Made by a program: the position numbers and the translations under genes
The notes under the pieces: generated by a model
Told to the model about the DNA's origin: nothing
Databases searched by the model: none
What the model saw: the letters and a program-made list of their open reading frames with translations, nothing else
Part shown: positions 33,389-45,924 of the stretch, piece after piece
How positions within the stretch are numbered: position 1 is the stretch's first letter
Layout of the letters: each line of letters starts with the position of its first letter
Source: Vitrella brassicaformis CCMP3155
Taxonomy: Eukaryota > Protista > Chromerida
DNA length: 64,000 nucleotides
Direction of reading: 5' to 3'
Assembly: GCA_001179505.1 (NCBI GenBank)
Contig: CDMY01000234.1
Coordinates: forward strand, 62,001 to 126,000

Positions 33389-36300
33389 TCAGTGTCTTCG
33401 CGGCGATGGCCCCGGCGACCTCCCGGCCGTCCGCCGGGGAGACGTCTTGCGCCTGCACGGACGGATCGAATGCACACACAACGAGTGCATGACATAGAAG
33501 TGGATGTACTCAGTGGAAGGCTCTCTTCCCTACTTGGCGTTGTAGAAGGCGAGGGCATCGGGGTGCTGTGTCTCCAGCCGAGACGCCTCCATCATATCAA
33601 ACTGCACAAACACAATGAATGCACCCACAACAATGCACCTCCATGCACTGCAGGCACTCCGTCCGCCTTACCTGTTCGTTTTCGTCGAGGTCGTCCCCCT
33701 CCGGCCCTCTGGTGGACGATGAGAGGGTCTTGGCCGCTGAGGCGACCGCGTCAGCACCACTCACCAATTGGCCGTACTTCTCCTCATACCTGGGGCCACA
33801 GGCCATCGATCATGTTGGTGGGATTGGGCAGAGGGGTGGGAGGGCATGCACTGAGTGCATTACCATCGCTCGAAGGCCTGCAGCAACTGTGTCTTGCACT
33901 TCTGAATGTTGTGGTCGATCTGGAGCAGGTGTGCCTTGAGCTCCTTGTGGGCGTCGAACTGCTCGCGATACTGCTTCTTGAGGTCTTTCAGGCGCTTGAT
34001 GAGGGCGTACTCTTCCTCGTCGATCAGAGACACCGACGAATCGCCGCCCACCTGCATGTCGTTGATTGCATGAGCCATGTGGATGGGCTGAAGGCATGCA
34101 TGTGAGACATATATGTGGCCACCCACCTTTGCGCCCTCTGCGCTGCGCTCCCTCTGTTTCTTCTGGACCATTTCTTTCACCTCCTCCATTGAAACCTTCA
34201 CACGGCTTATCTCCTGCACACATCCAGTATAGCCACAGTAGTGGTGTTTGTATTTTCTTGTCTGTCTTTCTCTCACCTCAGCGACTGTCCTGAGCTCTTG
34301 TTTCTTGGTCCGCTGATCGATCTTGTTCTGGTTGAACGCCGCCTCCAGCTGTTGCCCCTCCTCTGTGCTGGCCTTGAAGTCAGTAAAGGCCGTCTGCCGG
34401 TCCGGCGGGGCGGGGCCGGCCTGCGCGTCCCCCCTCTGCTCACCAGCAACACCATCAGGGCTGCGACGCTTGCCCGCCGCCCTGAGGCAAACGAGAAATG
34501 ATCGGATTCCATGTCTCTGTCCAGATCTCCTACCTTGCTTCCTGGTCGATTGCCCCTCCCTCCAGCCCCGCCCCTTTGGCTCTCTTGGACTGGTCGGCGG
34601 CCACACCCACAGACAACCCCGCAGCCGCCTCCTCATCGCCCACACCCTCATCCGCACCCCCCGCGCCCTCGGCTGCCGGCTGACCGCCCTCGGCTACATC
34701 ACCCTCGGCACCTGCTCCTGGCGCCTGTGAGGGGTGTGCGCGTGCTGGTCTGGACTGGAGTGCCTGCTGCTGGTTCTGGTAGAGCCGACGCATCGACTGG
34801 AATAGCTCACGAACCTGCCTATGGGAAGGAAGGAGAAAGGGAAAGGGGAGACGGGGCAGAATGATCTGGATGGGTGTTGTTGGTTGATCTGTAACACGCA
34901 TACTTGATGGACGTGATATCCACGTCTGCCACTTCGCCCTCAAAGTACTGCTCGGCGGCCTTCTCGATCTCGCGCTGCTCCTCGGGCGTATACGGCTCAT
35001 ACGACTGCACGGACCATCAAGACACAGACAGATAAGACACGACCATCCGCCCTCCACACGCAATGACCTATCCAGAAAATACCATCTGGCTGCGTCCGCT
35101 GAGGATGTCGTGCATGGCGAGCTCCTGCTTGAGATCCCTGATTTCTCTCTCGTACTTGCGGATGAGCTGCTGGCTGTCCAGCTGGATGTTTTGCGTCGCC
35201 TCGTTCGAGACACGCATCATGCGTGTGGCAAACCGGAGCGTACTCACTGTCTCCTCGACGTGCGACCCCTCCGGCCAGATGTTGGCGATCATCATGGTGC
35301 GGCAGTTGCCACCAATCGAGTCTTTCAGCAGGTGGGTGAGCTTCGACGAGCGGTAGGGCACATGGTCGCGACGCTTGTCCGAGAGAGCGACAACCACCTA
35401 CACCAACACACACAAATAAATGACGGCTGACTGTGCTGTGGCCCCCCAACTCACAAATCAGTCACCTGCTCCAGAAAGGTGAGGCTCTTGTTGATGAATG
35501 TCGCCTCTTTCAGCGTCGCCCCGAACGATCCCGTCTTCTTCAATCTTTCGCTGCCAGCGAGGTCCACCAGATGGATCTTGGAATAGACCACCCTCTCATT
35601 CGACTCCACTCGCGACCGGCTCTCCACAAACAGGGTCACCACAAAGTGACTCCGGCTCGACAGCACGTTCAACGAATGCTCCGACACCGCCCGCGCCGCG
35701 TCGGCCTCGAAGAAAGCCTGGAGACACTCCTCCTCTGTCAATGCTACCCTTCTCGTCAGGCCCTTGACGCTCACACCGCCCTTGCTGTCCTCCTGGATCT
35801 GCTGATCGGCCGCAGTGTCGCCGGCAGAGGGGTAGGGGAGGAGGTCCATCATGAGCTCGTTGTAGATCTCGAGGGCGCCCAGTCGGACGGTGATGGCGCA
35901 TTCTGGGCGTGCGGCGATTGCGGTGAAGAGGGCGGTGATGCAGCGGGGGATGATGCCGCGGTATGCGAAGTTGGCGGGGCCCCCCACCATGGTGAAGGTC
36001 TTGCCTGCAACGATGAGACATACCTTGCACACAGACTCTGTCTCACTCAGTGACTGGCTGACCAGCCCCTGTCTGTCCGTATGCCATGCAGGTGCCATTG
36101 AAGCCGTCGAGCACACCGGTGCCGCCAGTGCCCAGCAGCTCCCTCGCAAACTCATCAAACACCCTCTCCTGCACTCCACACCACACACCACACACCATAC
36201 ACAAGCAAAGAAACAAACAAACAAGCAAGCAGCATCACGCACCTGAGAACAAGCAAGCTGAGCCTCTCACCTGTGAGGCGTTGTGGAGGACCCGGTCAAA

Positions 36301-36549
36301 CTTGAACGAGAAGCTGTCCACTTGGTTGTTGACCGTTCCCCCAACATCGCTCTTAGGCAGCTTGACGTCAATCGCCTGGACCAATCAAATGACACCAAAC
36401 ACACACAGGCGGCAAAATACAAGCGACCTGCTGCGTTTGTTTGTCTGCCTGTCGCCCACATTGGTGTCCTCGTGGATGCGGAATGTCTGCTCTGCAAAGC
36501 GTCCGGTGGGGCGAGTGCGCACCACTACACGAACGTGTTTGCTCGGCAT
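33389..36549 (-). CDS. KIF9: Kinesin-9 family motor (KIF9-like)
   Basis: VRVVVRTRP, NNQVDSFSFKFDRVLHNASQ, P-loop AYGQTGAG|KT split by an intron, LEIYNE, SSRSH, LVDLAGSER, INKSLTFLEQ, HVPYRSSKLTHLLKDSIGGNC, ETVSTLRFA; coiled-coil tail. Confidence 0.92.
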
Positions 36550-36883
36550 GATTGAATCTCTGTCACATGCGCTATGAGAGTGTATGCGTGTTTGGAACGT
36601 GAGGAGGGGGCGTGGGGGCGAGACTCCATTGGCAAGCTCGCAACAACAAATCGGGAAGAAAGGCACAAGGGCGTCTTTGTATGTTCAAATCGTGCGAGCG
36701 CGTAAGGATTGGTTGGGGTGATGGGCGTTAGGAGAGATCTCTCAGTTCTCTTGCTCCTCTCTGTCTTGTGGTGTGGCTCAGTGTTTCAGAGGCGAGCCCG
36801 AGGAAGTTGCACCCCCCGCCGCCACCAAGGAAGAGGCTCCCGCCACCGCTGACACCACCGCACCTGCAACAGCCAAGAAGAAA

Positions 36884-36973
36884 ATGGGATTCAACCTCGG
36901 TAGGGAGCTCTCGTATCATGACGATGAGTGCCTGTCTGGGGTGTGTCTGTCATGCGCCCTCTTGCCCCGCCTG

Positions 36974-37006
<33 letters not shown>

Positions 37007-38178
37007 GCAGGCGACGTCTTCCCCAACTTCCAGGCCCAAGCATCTGGCGTGCCAAATGGTGAGGGGTGAGGGGGGCGTAAGGACCACAGCGGATGGAAAG
37101 ATCTCTCTGCCTGTGTGTGTGTGCAGGCGAGTTTGATCTGTACAAGTACTGGGGGGACGGCTGGGGCATCCTGTTCTCGCACCCTGCCGACTACACGCCC
37201 GTGTGCACCACTGAGCTGGGCAAGGCCGCCAAACTCGCCGAGGAATTCGCGAAGCGCAACTGCAAGCTGTGCGCCATCTCGTGCAACGACAAGGACTCCC
37301 ACGAGGTCTGTGGTGTGCACTCGTGTGTCAGCTCCAGGGAAACGACATGAGTCAGCTCATGTGGTGTGTGCGGCCGGTTGTGTGTGTTCAGGGTTGGTCG
37401 AAGGACATCATCTCGGTGCAGGGCATGAGCGGCGACATGCCCTTCCCCATCATCGCTGACCCCACACGCGCCATCGCAACGGGACTGGGTAGGTACATCC
37501 ACAACAGCCACCGAATCACATCGACCCGTAACGTACCTGAAGTCAAATCAACTCACGTCGGTGTGGCGAGCAGGCATCATGGATCCCGAGGAGAAGGACA
37601 AGCAGGGGCTGCCTCTCACCTGCCGATCCGTCTTCTACGTCTCCCCGGACAGGAAGCTCAAGGTACGTGGGTGGGTCGGTGGGCAGGTGGGTGGGCGGAT
37701 AGATAGGGCGAACACATCGCGGCAACACGAGCTCCTCTGGCCTTTCCCCTGGTCTCTCTCTTTGGTGGTCGTCAGGCCCAGGTGCTGTATCCCGCCACCA
37801 CTGGACGTGACTTCTCCGAGCTGCTCCGTGTGCTCGACTCCCTGCAGGTACCCTCTCTCTCACACACTCACACACAGAGGACAGTCACAGATCTTCGGTC
37901 GGTGTGTGTGTGTGTGTGTGTGTCAGCTGACGTCCAAGTTCCCCGTGGCGACTCCCGAGGGCTGGCAGAACGGCAGCAAGTGCATGGTGGTGCCCTCGCT
38001 CACTGACGATGACGCAAAGACCAAGCTGGCCAAGGGTTTTGAGAAGGTCGACGTGCCGTCTGGCAAGAACTACATCAGAATGACGCCGGTCAGTGGCAGG
38101 GCGGGCACACACGACACCCGTGGGAAATCGATGCTGCGACTGTGTGTGGATCCCTCCGTTTATCAGGACCCCCGCTAA
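36884..38178 (+). CDS. PRDX6: 1-Cys peroxiredoxin (Prx6 type)
   Basis: LGDVFPNF, WGILFSHPADYTPVCTTELG, FPIIAD, CRSVFYVSPDRKLK, LYPATTGRDFSELLRVLDSLQ, VATPEGW, LPSG-type tail VPSGKNYIRMTP. Confidence 0.95.
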
Positions 38179-39169
38179 GTCAAGCCGAGAGGTTCCAACG
38201 AGGGAAGACAGACAGGTGTACGCTCAAGCACGCACCACGTACGGACCGATGGGCGCGTGAGCTGAGCAGCTGCGAGTTGCGTGTGTGTTTCATCAAGGAC
38301 TTTTTATTGGCCGACTGTCTGTGAGTTTGCCTCTGTTCTCTGGTGAGGTTTTGAGTGGCAAAGGCGTCAGTCATCGTCTCTGAGGAGCTCCTCCTGCTTT
38401 CGCCAGCTGCATCGTTGGTCGCTTTCCGTCTGCAGTGCAGCAGATGGGCGTCTCGCGACGTTGCAGTGGGTCGAAAACAAGGGTGCGCCCGACCAAACAG
38501 ACAGACCGCCACCACTTTCCATGGAGGACTTTTATGTCAATCCATGTATGTGTGTGCATGCGTCCATACTTGTCTTTGTGAGGGAGAGAGTGAGCGAGAT
38601 CACTCAGGCGGGCAGTTGTCTGACGAAGGCATCCATCCATGCGTTGTCTTTCTCTTCTGTATCGTTTTTTCCATCGATCGTGATCATGCATGGCATGTAT
38701 CCAACGATCCATCGACGCACGCCATCATGTCTGTCTTTTTTTGACACACACAGACACACACAGACACACACAGACACACACAGACACACACAGACATATA
38801 CGTATATGTACGTATGCATTCATATGGCTGTTTTTTTGTCCGCTGGTTTTTCTCACACCTACGACAATCACACACCTGCGACCAGGCAGCAGAGCAGGAG
38901 CGATTGTGAGCATCTTAGTTGCTCACTTGCAAACTGGCTGAGGTGTAAGGCCACGCGTGTTGTCTTTGATTTCTGTCTCCATGATGGGATCAAGGATGGG
39001 CACCATGTCGCTTTCGCCAGGTAGCCTGCGATAGGCGGGCCAGGTTTTGACAGACTTGAGTGGGATGAGACGATATATGATGCATTGCAAGGCTTGAACC
39101 TTCCTCATCACTGGAGCCTGTGAAGTGTCCACCTCTCCGATGCGACACATGGGGAGAGGAGCCCTCCCC

Positions 39170-40600
39170 CCATGCCTCCCCCTCATCGTTGCAACCCAAT
39201 AGCCTTCATGCCCGCTAGAGACACCAGCAGTGTGAAGGAAATTTTTGCGACACACGGCAGCAGGCCAAAAGGTGCGGGGGGAGGAAGTTGCAAGCTCGCA
39301 AGCTCGCAAGCTCGCATGGGAGGGGCCATTCCGGTCTTCCCCCCATGCCTTCCCCTCATCGTTGCAACCCAATAGCCTTCATGCCCACCAGAGACCAGCA
39401 GTTTGAAACAAATTTTTTGCGACACACGGCAGCAAGCCAAAAGGTCGGGGGAGAGGAAGTTGCAAGCTTGAAGCTCGCATGAGGGGGGCATTCCGGTCTT
39501 CCCCCCATGCCTCCCCCTCATCGTTGCAGCCTAATAGCCTTCATGCACGCCAGAGACACCAGCGATTTGAAGTAAATTTTTGCGACACACGGCAGCAGAT
39601 CACACGTGGGGAGGAGAGGTGCGGAGACACACGGCTGCAGGCCAAAGGGGGAGGGGCGAGAATGCCTCGGGATGGAGTTAGTAACGAATCGCGCGTGAAA
39701 CACAATATCCCCCCCATTTTTTCAAAGTGAGGCCCACCCCTTCCCCCTGCCTCTCCCTCATCGCTGGAGCCAACAGAACCTTCATGCACGCCAGAGACAC
39801 CAGCGATTTGAAGTAGGATTTTTGCGACACACGGCAGCAGATCACACGTAAGGAGGAGAGGTGCGGAGACACACGGCTGCAGGCCAAAGGGGGAGGGGCG
39901 AGAATGCTTCGGGATGGAGTTAGTAACGAATCGCGCGTGAAACACAATATCCCCCCCATTTTTTCAAAGTGAGGCCCACCCCTCCCTCCTGCCTCTCCCT
40001 CATCGCTGGAGCCAACAGAACCTTCATGCACGCCAGAGACACCAGCGATTTGAAGTAGATTTTGCGACACACGGCAGCAGATCACACGTAGGAAGGAGAG
40101 GTGCGGAGACACACGGCTGCAGGCCAAAGGAGGAGGGGCGAGAATGCCTCGGGATGGAGTTAGTAACGAATCGCGCGTGAAACACAATATCCCCCCCATT
40201 TTTTCAAAGTGAGGCCCACCCCTCCCCCCTGCCTCTCCCTCATCGCTGCAGCCAACAGAACCTTCATGCACGCCAGAGTCACCAGCAGTTTGAAGTATTT
40301 TTTGCGACACACGGCAGCAGGCAAGAAGAGGGGATCAGGAGCTCTTTTCTCGCGAGCTCGCAGAATTCAACGGGGCGCGCGGGCCATTCCGGCCCTCTCC
40401 CTCATCGCTGCAGCCTATATAGCCTTCATGCCCGCCAGAGACACCAGCGATTTGAAGTAGGATTTTTGCGACACACGGCAGTAGCCCAAAAGGGGGTTTC
40501 AAGAGAAGCTGCGACACACGGCTGCAGGCCAAAGGGGGGCAGGGAGAATCCCTCGGATGGAGTTAGTGACGAATCGCGCGTCAAACACAATATATCCATC
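39170..40600. repeat. Higher-order tandem repeat (satellite) of related ~162-173 bp and ~240 bp units
   Basis: Head CCTCATCG(T/C)TG... at about 39181, 39354, 39516, 39756, 39998, 40238, 40400 (spacings 173, 162, 240, 242, 240, 162). Every unit carries TTTTGCGACACACGGC. Confidence 0.9.
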
Positions 40601-40631
40601 AGATTTGATTATTTGCCGAAGGAGCATCATC

Positions 40632-42230
40632 ATGGCGATGGCGTCATCTGAGAGGAGCGTAAGGTGGTGAAGATGCGTTAGAAGCAGCCGATCTGAGTGG
40701 GTGTTGGTGACTCGCTGCCTGTAGGTATTCACCATTGTTGAGGCGAAGCGCAAGGAGGCACTCACACAGAGCCTTCCGGAAGAGGTGAAATCGCGAAACA
40801 ACAGACAGTGGCATGCAGCGTGACGTTGCCTTTCGATTCATTTCCCTTTCAGTTCCGGCGGGCTTTGTCAGTGGCGGACTCTGAGGAAGAGGCCACAGCT
40901 GAGGATCTGCAAACAATTGCAGAGGCGGTGGAGCGCAATGCGTTCGATGTGGACACGCGAGATCCGGTGAGGGAAGGCACGCAGACCTTACCCATCCAGC
41001 CCATGGGTGTGCTTGTGGGTGCATATGAATCAGAGCGGTTCGACTCTGCTGGCGTTGGCCTCGTCGCGCGGCAAGGTGGACATCGCCACGATGCTTATCG
41101 GCAAGGGGGCAGATGTGGCAGCCACGGACAAGGTTAGCCATTCACTGTAGGCTGTAGGGCAGGCAGGCAGGCCAATCCTTCTCTGTTTTCGGTTAGCTGG
41201 GGTTCACGCCCCTGCACGTGGCGGCGGCAAACGGGCAGAGGGATGTGGTGAAAGAGCTCATCGACGCAGGGGCAGAGGTAAGCGAGAGGGGACGCGTGCA
41301 ATGGCACGGACATGTTGGCTGCGCTGTTCCCACGCCAAGCAGGTCAGCCAGGAAAACAACTGGGGGGCGCAGCCTCTCCATTTGGCGGCATCGTCCGGCA
41401 CTCCGGAGGTACGTGAAGGCACAAAGGAGGCAGCGATGGATGGATGTCGTCATTTGCTGGGCTGCACAGGTGTGTGACTTGCTGCTTAGCACGGGTGGTA
41501 GTGTGTCAGCAACCGATCTGGTAAGGCAAGCCGGCAGAGAGCGCACGCCCCTAGAACAAAGGCTGCGTTTCATATCTCGTGTGTTCATGTATCGTGCGTG
41601 CAGAGCGGCCGCACCCCCCTGCTCCAAGCGTGTCAGACGGGCAACTACGACACCGTCGCCTTGCTGGGCCCCAAGGACATGTCAGCCGTCAACAAGCCCG
41701 ACTGCGACCAGTACGTCACGCCCCTCCATGCGGCAGCCACGCACGGCCATCTGCCCACTGTGGAGCTGCTGCTTCGCCTCGGTGCCGACCCGACAGCGAG
41801 AGATGTCAAGGGCCAGACACCGCTGCACTCTGTGGCTGCGGCGGGAAACAGGAGAGACAAGAAGCGGGTATTGGTTGCCCGTGCGCTGTGCGAGGCCGGA
41901 GCGGACATGGAGGCTACCGACGATGTGAGAATGGCCGTGAGATGGATGGCATGTCCGAGCGATATGTATGTATGTCGTGTGTGGTGTGTTGTTGCTCGTT
42001 CAGGAGGGCCGCACTGCTGTCGATTTGGCGAAGAGCGTCAGGCACACGGCATTTATCGCCTACGCAGAAAGGTACGGACGTGGTGTGGTTGATGCAAGAA
42101 AGGAGAATGAGTGACCCTTTCTCTGCCTATCCTCAGAGGCGAGCTTCCAGATGCAACCAATGAGGCTCCCCGCCCCCCAGCAGCAGAACAAGATAACCCT
42201 CAGAATGGTGCAGCGACTGACAGCGTGTTA
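40632..42230 (+). CDS. Ankyrin-repeat protein (about 6-7 repeats)
   Basis: GSTLLALASSRGKVDIATMLIGKGAD, GFTPLHVAAANGQRDVVKELIDAGA, GAQPLHLAASSG, GRTPLLQACQTG, VTPLHAAATHGHLPTVELLLRLGAD, GQTPLHSVAAAG, GRTAVDLA. Confidence 0.9.
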
Positions 42231-43560
42231 GAGATTGCTCCAGCACCCCCTGATGGGCTGATCACTAATGGCGATGCTGCCAGTGCGAGGGGCCGGGGGA
42301 CAGGGAGGGGGCGGGGAGCTGGGACACACCTGAGCTACGAGGGGGAGGATTGAGGTGTGCGAGAGTGTGGCCTCGCCTGCTTTTTTCGGCGGTTCCTCCC
42401 GTGTGGTTCCATGCGGTTGACGTTTGTGGTTGCATTTTTGTCGATACCCAGACTGACACATGCTTTTCGTGAATGAGTGACTGACTGACTGGTTCAGGCC
42501 AATCTTCTTGGCGTGTCTCCCCTTGATGCCTCCACGCATTCACACAGCCGGTCATTCACACCAACTACACAATGATGTGACCGGCCGCAATGATGTGCGT
42601 CGGTGTCTGCTGTGAGTTGGACATTACGTTGCAATAGGCGCGATTTGTGAGCCAAAGCTGAGCGCACGGCCCTGAGTGTGCGGCATTGTTGGGTCCCTGC
42701 AGTCAGAAGGCTTGCATCGATGGAATGCGTCCGGATGGCGCTGCGCCGGTCGGGTCACGTCGATAGAGGGCGCTGGGGCCCTCGTTGCGTGTTGCTACAG
42801 TAAGTATCGCTTAAAGCAATCACCGCATAAACCAATCATTTCTGTAAAGCAATCACCCCGCCCCGATCACTCTGTACACAGTCAAAATGCATCGCATAAA
42901 CCAATCACCTCCCAAAGAGACTGAAATCAGCCATTCGGGCCGACCATTCATGGCTCAAAATGACAGCCAGAAAATGAAGCACCACTCTGTGAAAGAGCGG
43001 ACCGATGAAACAGTCGATGAACGGAGAAATACAGACATTTTGATGGTCATCCACCGAGATGAACCATTTTCGATGATGATTTCCGACGAGAGAATCACAA
43101 TGTAAACGGAAGAGCATTCTGTCACTCGCGCAGCAATGACGGCGCCACTGTGACGATCAACCGAGTCAATCGAGTCATTCAATGCATCCGATGACATCTA
43201 CCCAGCCGCACACACGTTTGAGCGACAAAGAGTGAGCAGCACGCCTTCTCCCCACGCGAGNNNNNNNNNNNNNNNNNNNNNNNNNNNNNNNNNNNNNNNN
43301 NNNNNNNNNNNNNNNNNNNNNNNNNNNNNNNNNNNNNNNNNNNNNNNNNNNNNNNNNNNNNNNNNNNNNNNNNNNNNNNNNNNNNNNNNNNNNNNNNNNN
43401 NNNNNNNNNNNNNNNNNNNNNNNNNNNNNNNNNNNNNNNNNNNNNNNNNNNNNNNNNNNNNNNNNNNNNNNNNNNNNNNNNNNNNNNNNNNNNNNNNNNN
43501 NNNNNNNNNNNNNNNNNNNNNNNNNNNNNNNNNNNNNNNNNNNNNNNNNNNNNNNNNNNN

Positions 43561-44741
43561 CCAGCCACCCGCCACATCGCAGCGCACCATGGTGCGCCAA
43601 CCGTACCAAGATCGGCCAGCCGAGACGCTCGATCGACCACGCCACCGCAAGCCGTCAAAAAGGAAGCTGGAGGCCGACGGAGCTGACGGCTCAGATGACG
43701 ATTATGCAGCAGCCATGGCAGCAGCGGCACACCAGCCAGCGCCGCAGCCCAAGAGCAGACCCAAGAGCAAGGCCAAGGGCAAGGCCAAAAGCAAGGCCAA
43801 GGTGACGGCTGGGCGGCGCCAACAGCTGAAGGGGATGAGCGAGAGGAGGATCGCACCGTCGATGACGAGGAAACCATACAGGTACACACAAAAGGAGAAC
43901 ACAATCACACACATGGAAACAATGGATGGGCTTCTTTTTCTCATATAGGCCTTCTCACTTCAGGGGGTTCCGTTGGGCGAGAAGCTTCTCGCAGAACTCA
44001 AATGCTGCCGGTTGCAGGTGGTGTGGGCTTGGACGACATCGCAGATGAGATCGAGCAGGAGCGAGGTCTCCAGACCCGTTTGGCGATGAGCGAATCAGCG
44101 GCCATCGCATTCGGCAAGAGTGGGGAGATGCCCAAGGAGCCGACAGCCGACTTTGAAGACGAGGAGGCCGACACCAATGCCGCTGTTGATAAAGGTAGGT
44201 GGGAGCAGCACGAGCAACAGATACCAGCACACGCCACGTTGCGCGTGCTGCTCCTTCCAGTTGTTGTTGGTGATGCGCAGGCCGCCATGAGGGGGATGGC
44301 GGCCGTCGAGCGCTACGTGGGTGCCCACTGTTCGTTACGGCTTCAGAAAGCACTCGGACGACTGAAGAAAGGAATCAGGACAGAAGCACAACAGAAGGGA
44401 CACCTCAAGCGTGCTCAGTGACTGAGTTTGAGTGAGTGAGTCGTGCTGCCGTACCTCATCTTGGCAGATCTGTCGTTCATGGCTCTGCATCGTTGGTGCA
44501 TGACTCTGTCCATCCATACATCTACTTTTTTGGTGAGATCGGCGCTAGTTTGCCTCACAGGAAGGCCACCATCTGCCGCTGACATCCTCAAAAGTGACTG
44601 AAAGGCTCCAGAAATCACCCTCACGAGCGATCGGCAACCTTTTCCGTAAATCCATATCATCCATGGTTTTCCGTCGTTTCAGGGTCGTTTGAGCGGGGAA
44701 AAAAGAGTCAATGTGATGGAGGGTGGCTCTGGTGAGTCATT
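43561..44741 (+). repeat. Copy 1 of a ~1.18-kb diverged direct duplication carrying the 3' exons of an unknown gene
   Basis: Aligns by eye with 45925-47115 up to ...GGTGAGTCATT. Encodes KRKLEADGADGSDDD, KAKGKAKSKAK and LDDIADEIEQERGLQTRL...AAMRGMAAVERYV...KGHLKRAQ*. Confidence 0.85.
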
Positions 44742-45442
44742 AACGGCGAGAAACCCCGCAGAAAACAAACAGCAGGTAAAGCAATCATTGCCTTGTTCGC
44801 ATAAACCCATCAAATCCATAAAGCAACTGTGCGAAAAGGCCGGTGAGGACCTTTCCTGTACTTAGCTGAATAGAGGATCTGCTGGGCGGTAAGTCCCAGA
44901 GTAAGAGTGCTTTTACTTTAATAAGACCGATGGACTGGCCAGTCAGTCAAAGTTGTTTCTGTCCATGTGTGGCATCATGAAGGGTGGTCAACACAGATCT
45001 CACTTCGGTGATGGCTGATAAGATCGTGTCTCCTCAGAATGCTTTCCTTGTCTTTCCTTGTCTTCTCATCTCTCCACCCGTTACACAGCAATATACCCTA
45101 GCTCACAAGCTCGCAGTGGTTCGTCTTGCCAAGCTGGCAATCCTGACACCCCCTCTCAAGACGAACCATCACGGCGTGTACTCAGGAAAAGAAAATCACG
45201 AAGAAAGCACAAAGGCATCCAGAAAATGACCATTGGGTAGCGAACGCGCACACACAGTGGACAAGTGCACAGATCAGCATAAGCATGAGCACGAATGGTG
45301 TGGTGTGTGCACAGATGGAACAGTTACAGCATATCACAACACATCCACGATGGCCTTCCTTCCCAAGTGACCACAACACACCAAGGAGGTACACAGATGC
45401 AGACTCATTCATCCCTTGTTGCCCTTCCACGTTTCAACAAAC

Positions 45443-45624
45443 TCACTGCCATCTAACCCTGCCTGTAACTCTCTCACTCAGGTACTTGTGCGCTTCACGC
45501 CCAAGTCCCTTCGTGAGTATGTCAGCTATGTTCTCACTGGTACGTACGTATCGAACAGCGAGAAAGCCTGACTGAACTAGCTGACGTATGTAGTGATAAC
45601 GCACGTCAATGTGTTTCGTTCTGT
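45443..45624 (-). mobile_element. Ty1/copia LTR retrotransposon, 3' end of pol (RNase H); 5' part lost in the gap
   Basis: RTKHIDVRYHYIRQLV...VRYVRTSENIADILTKGL is the copia RNase H C-terminal signature. TGTTGAAAC begins 3 nt after the stop codon (45439, minus strand), a possible LTR start. Confidence 0.92.
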
Positions 45625-45924
45625 NNNNNNNNNNNNNNNNNNNNNNNNNNNNNNNNNNNNNNNNNNNNNNNNNNNNNNNNNNNNNNNNNNNNNNNNNNNN
45701 NNNNNNNNNNNNNNNNNNNNNNNNNNNNNNNNNNNNNNNNNNNNNNNNNNNNNNNNNNNNNNNNNNNNNNNNNNNNNNNNNNNNNNNNNNNNNNNNNNNN
45801 NNNNNNNNNNNNNNNNNNNNNNNNNNNNNNNNNNNNNNNNNNNNNNNNNNNNNNNNNNNNNNNNNNNNNNNNNNNNNNNNNNNNNNNNNNNNNNNNNNNN
45901 NNNNNNNNNNNNNNNNNNNNNNNN

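Noticed and set aside
36050-36110. Apparently broken kinesin P-loop (GQTGAG..)
   Set aside because: A phase-1 intron splits it; splicing restores GQTGAGKT.
39678-40310. 210-aa ORF with internal repeats
   Set aside because: By-product of the 240-bp (3n) satellite unit; no domain and no splice context.
39170-40600. CRISPR-like array
   Set aside because: Eukaryotic context; whole 160-240 bp units are repeated, with no unique spacers and no cas genes.
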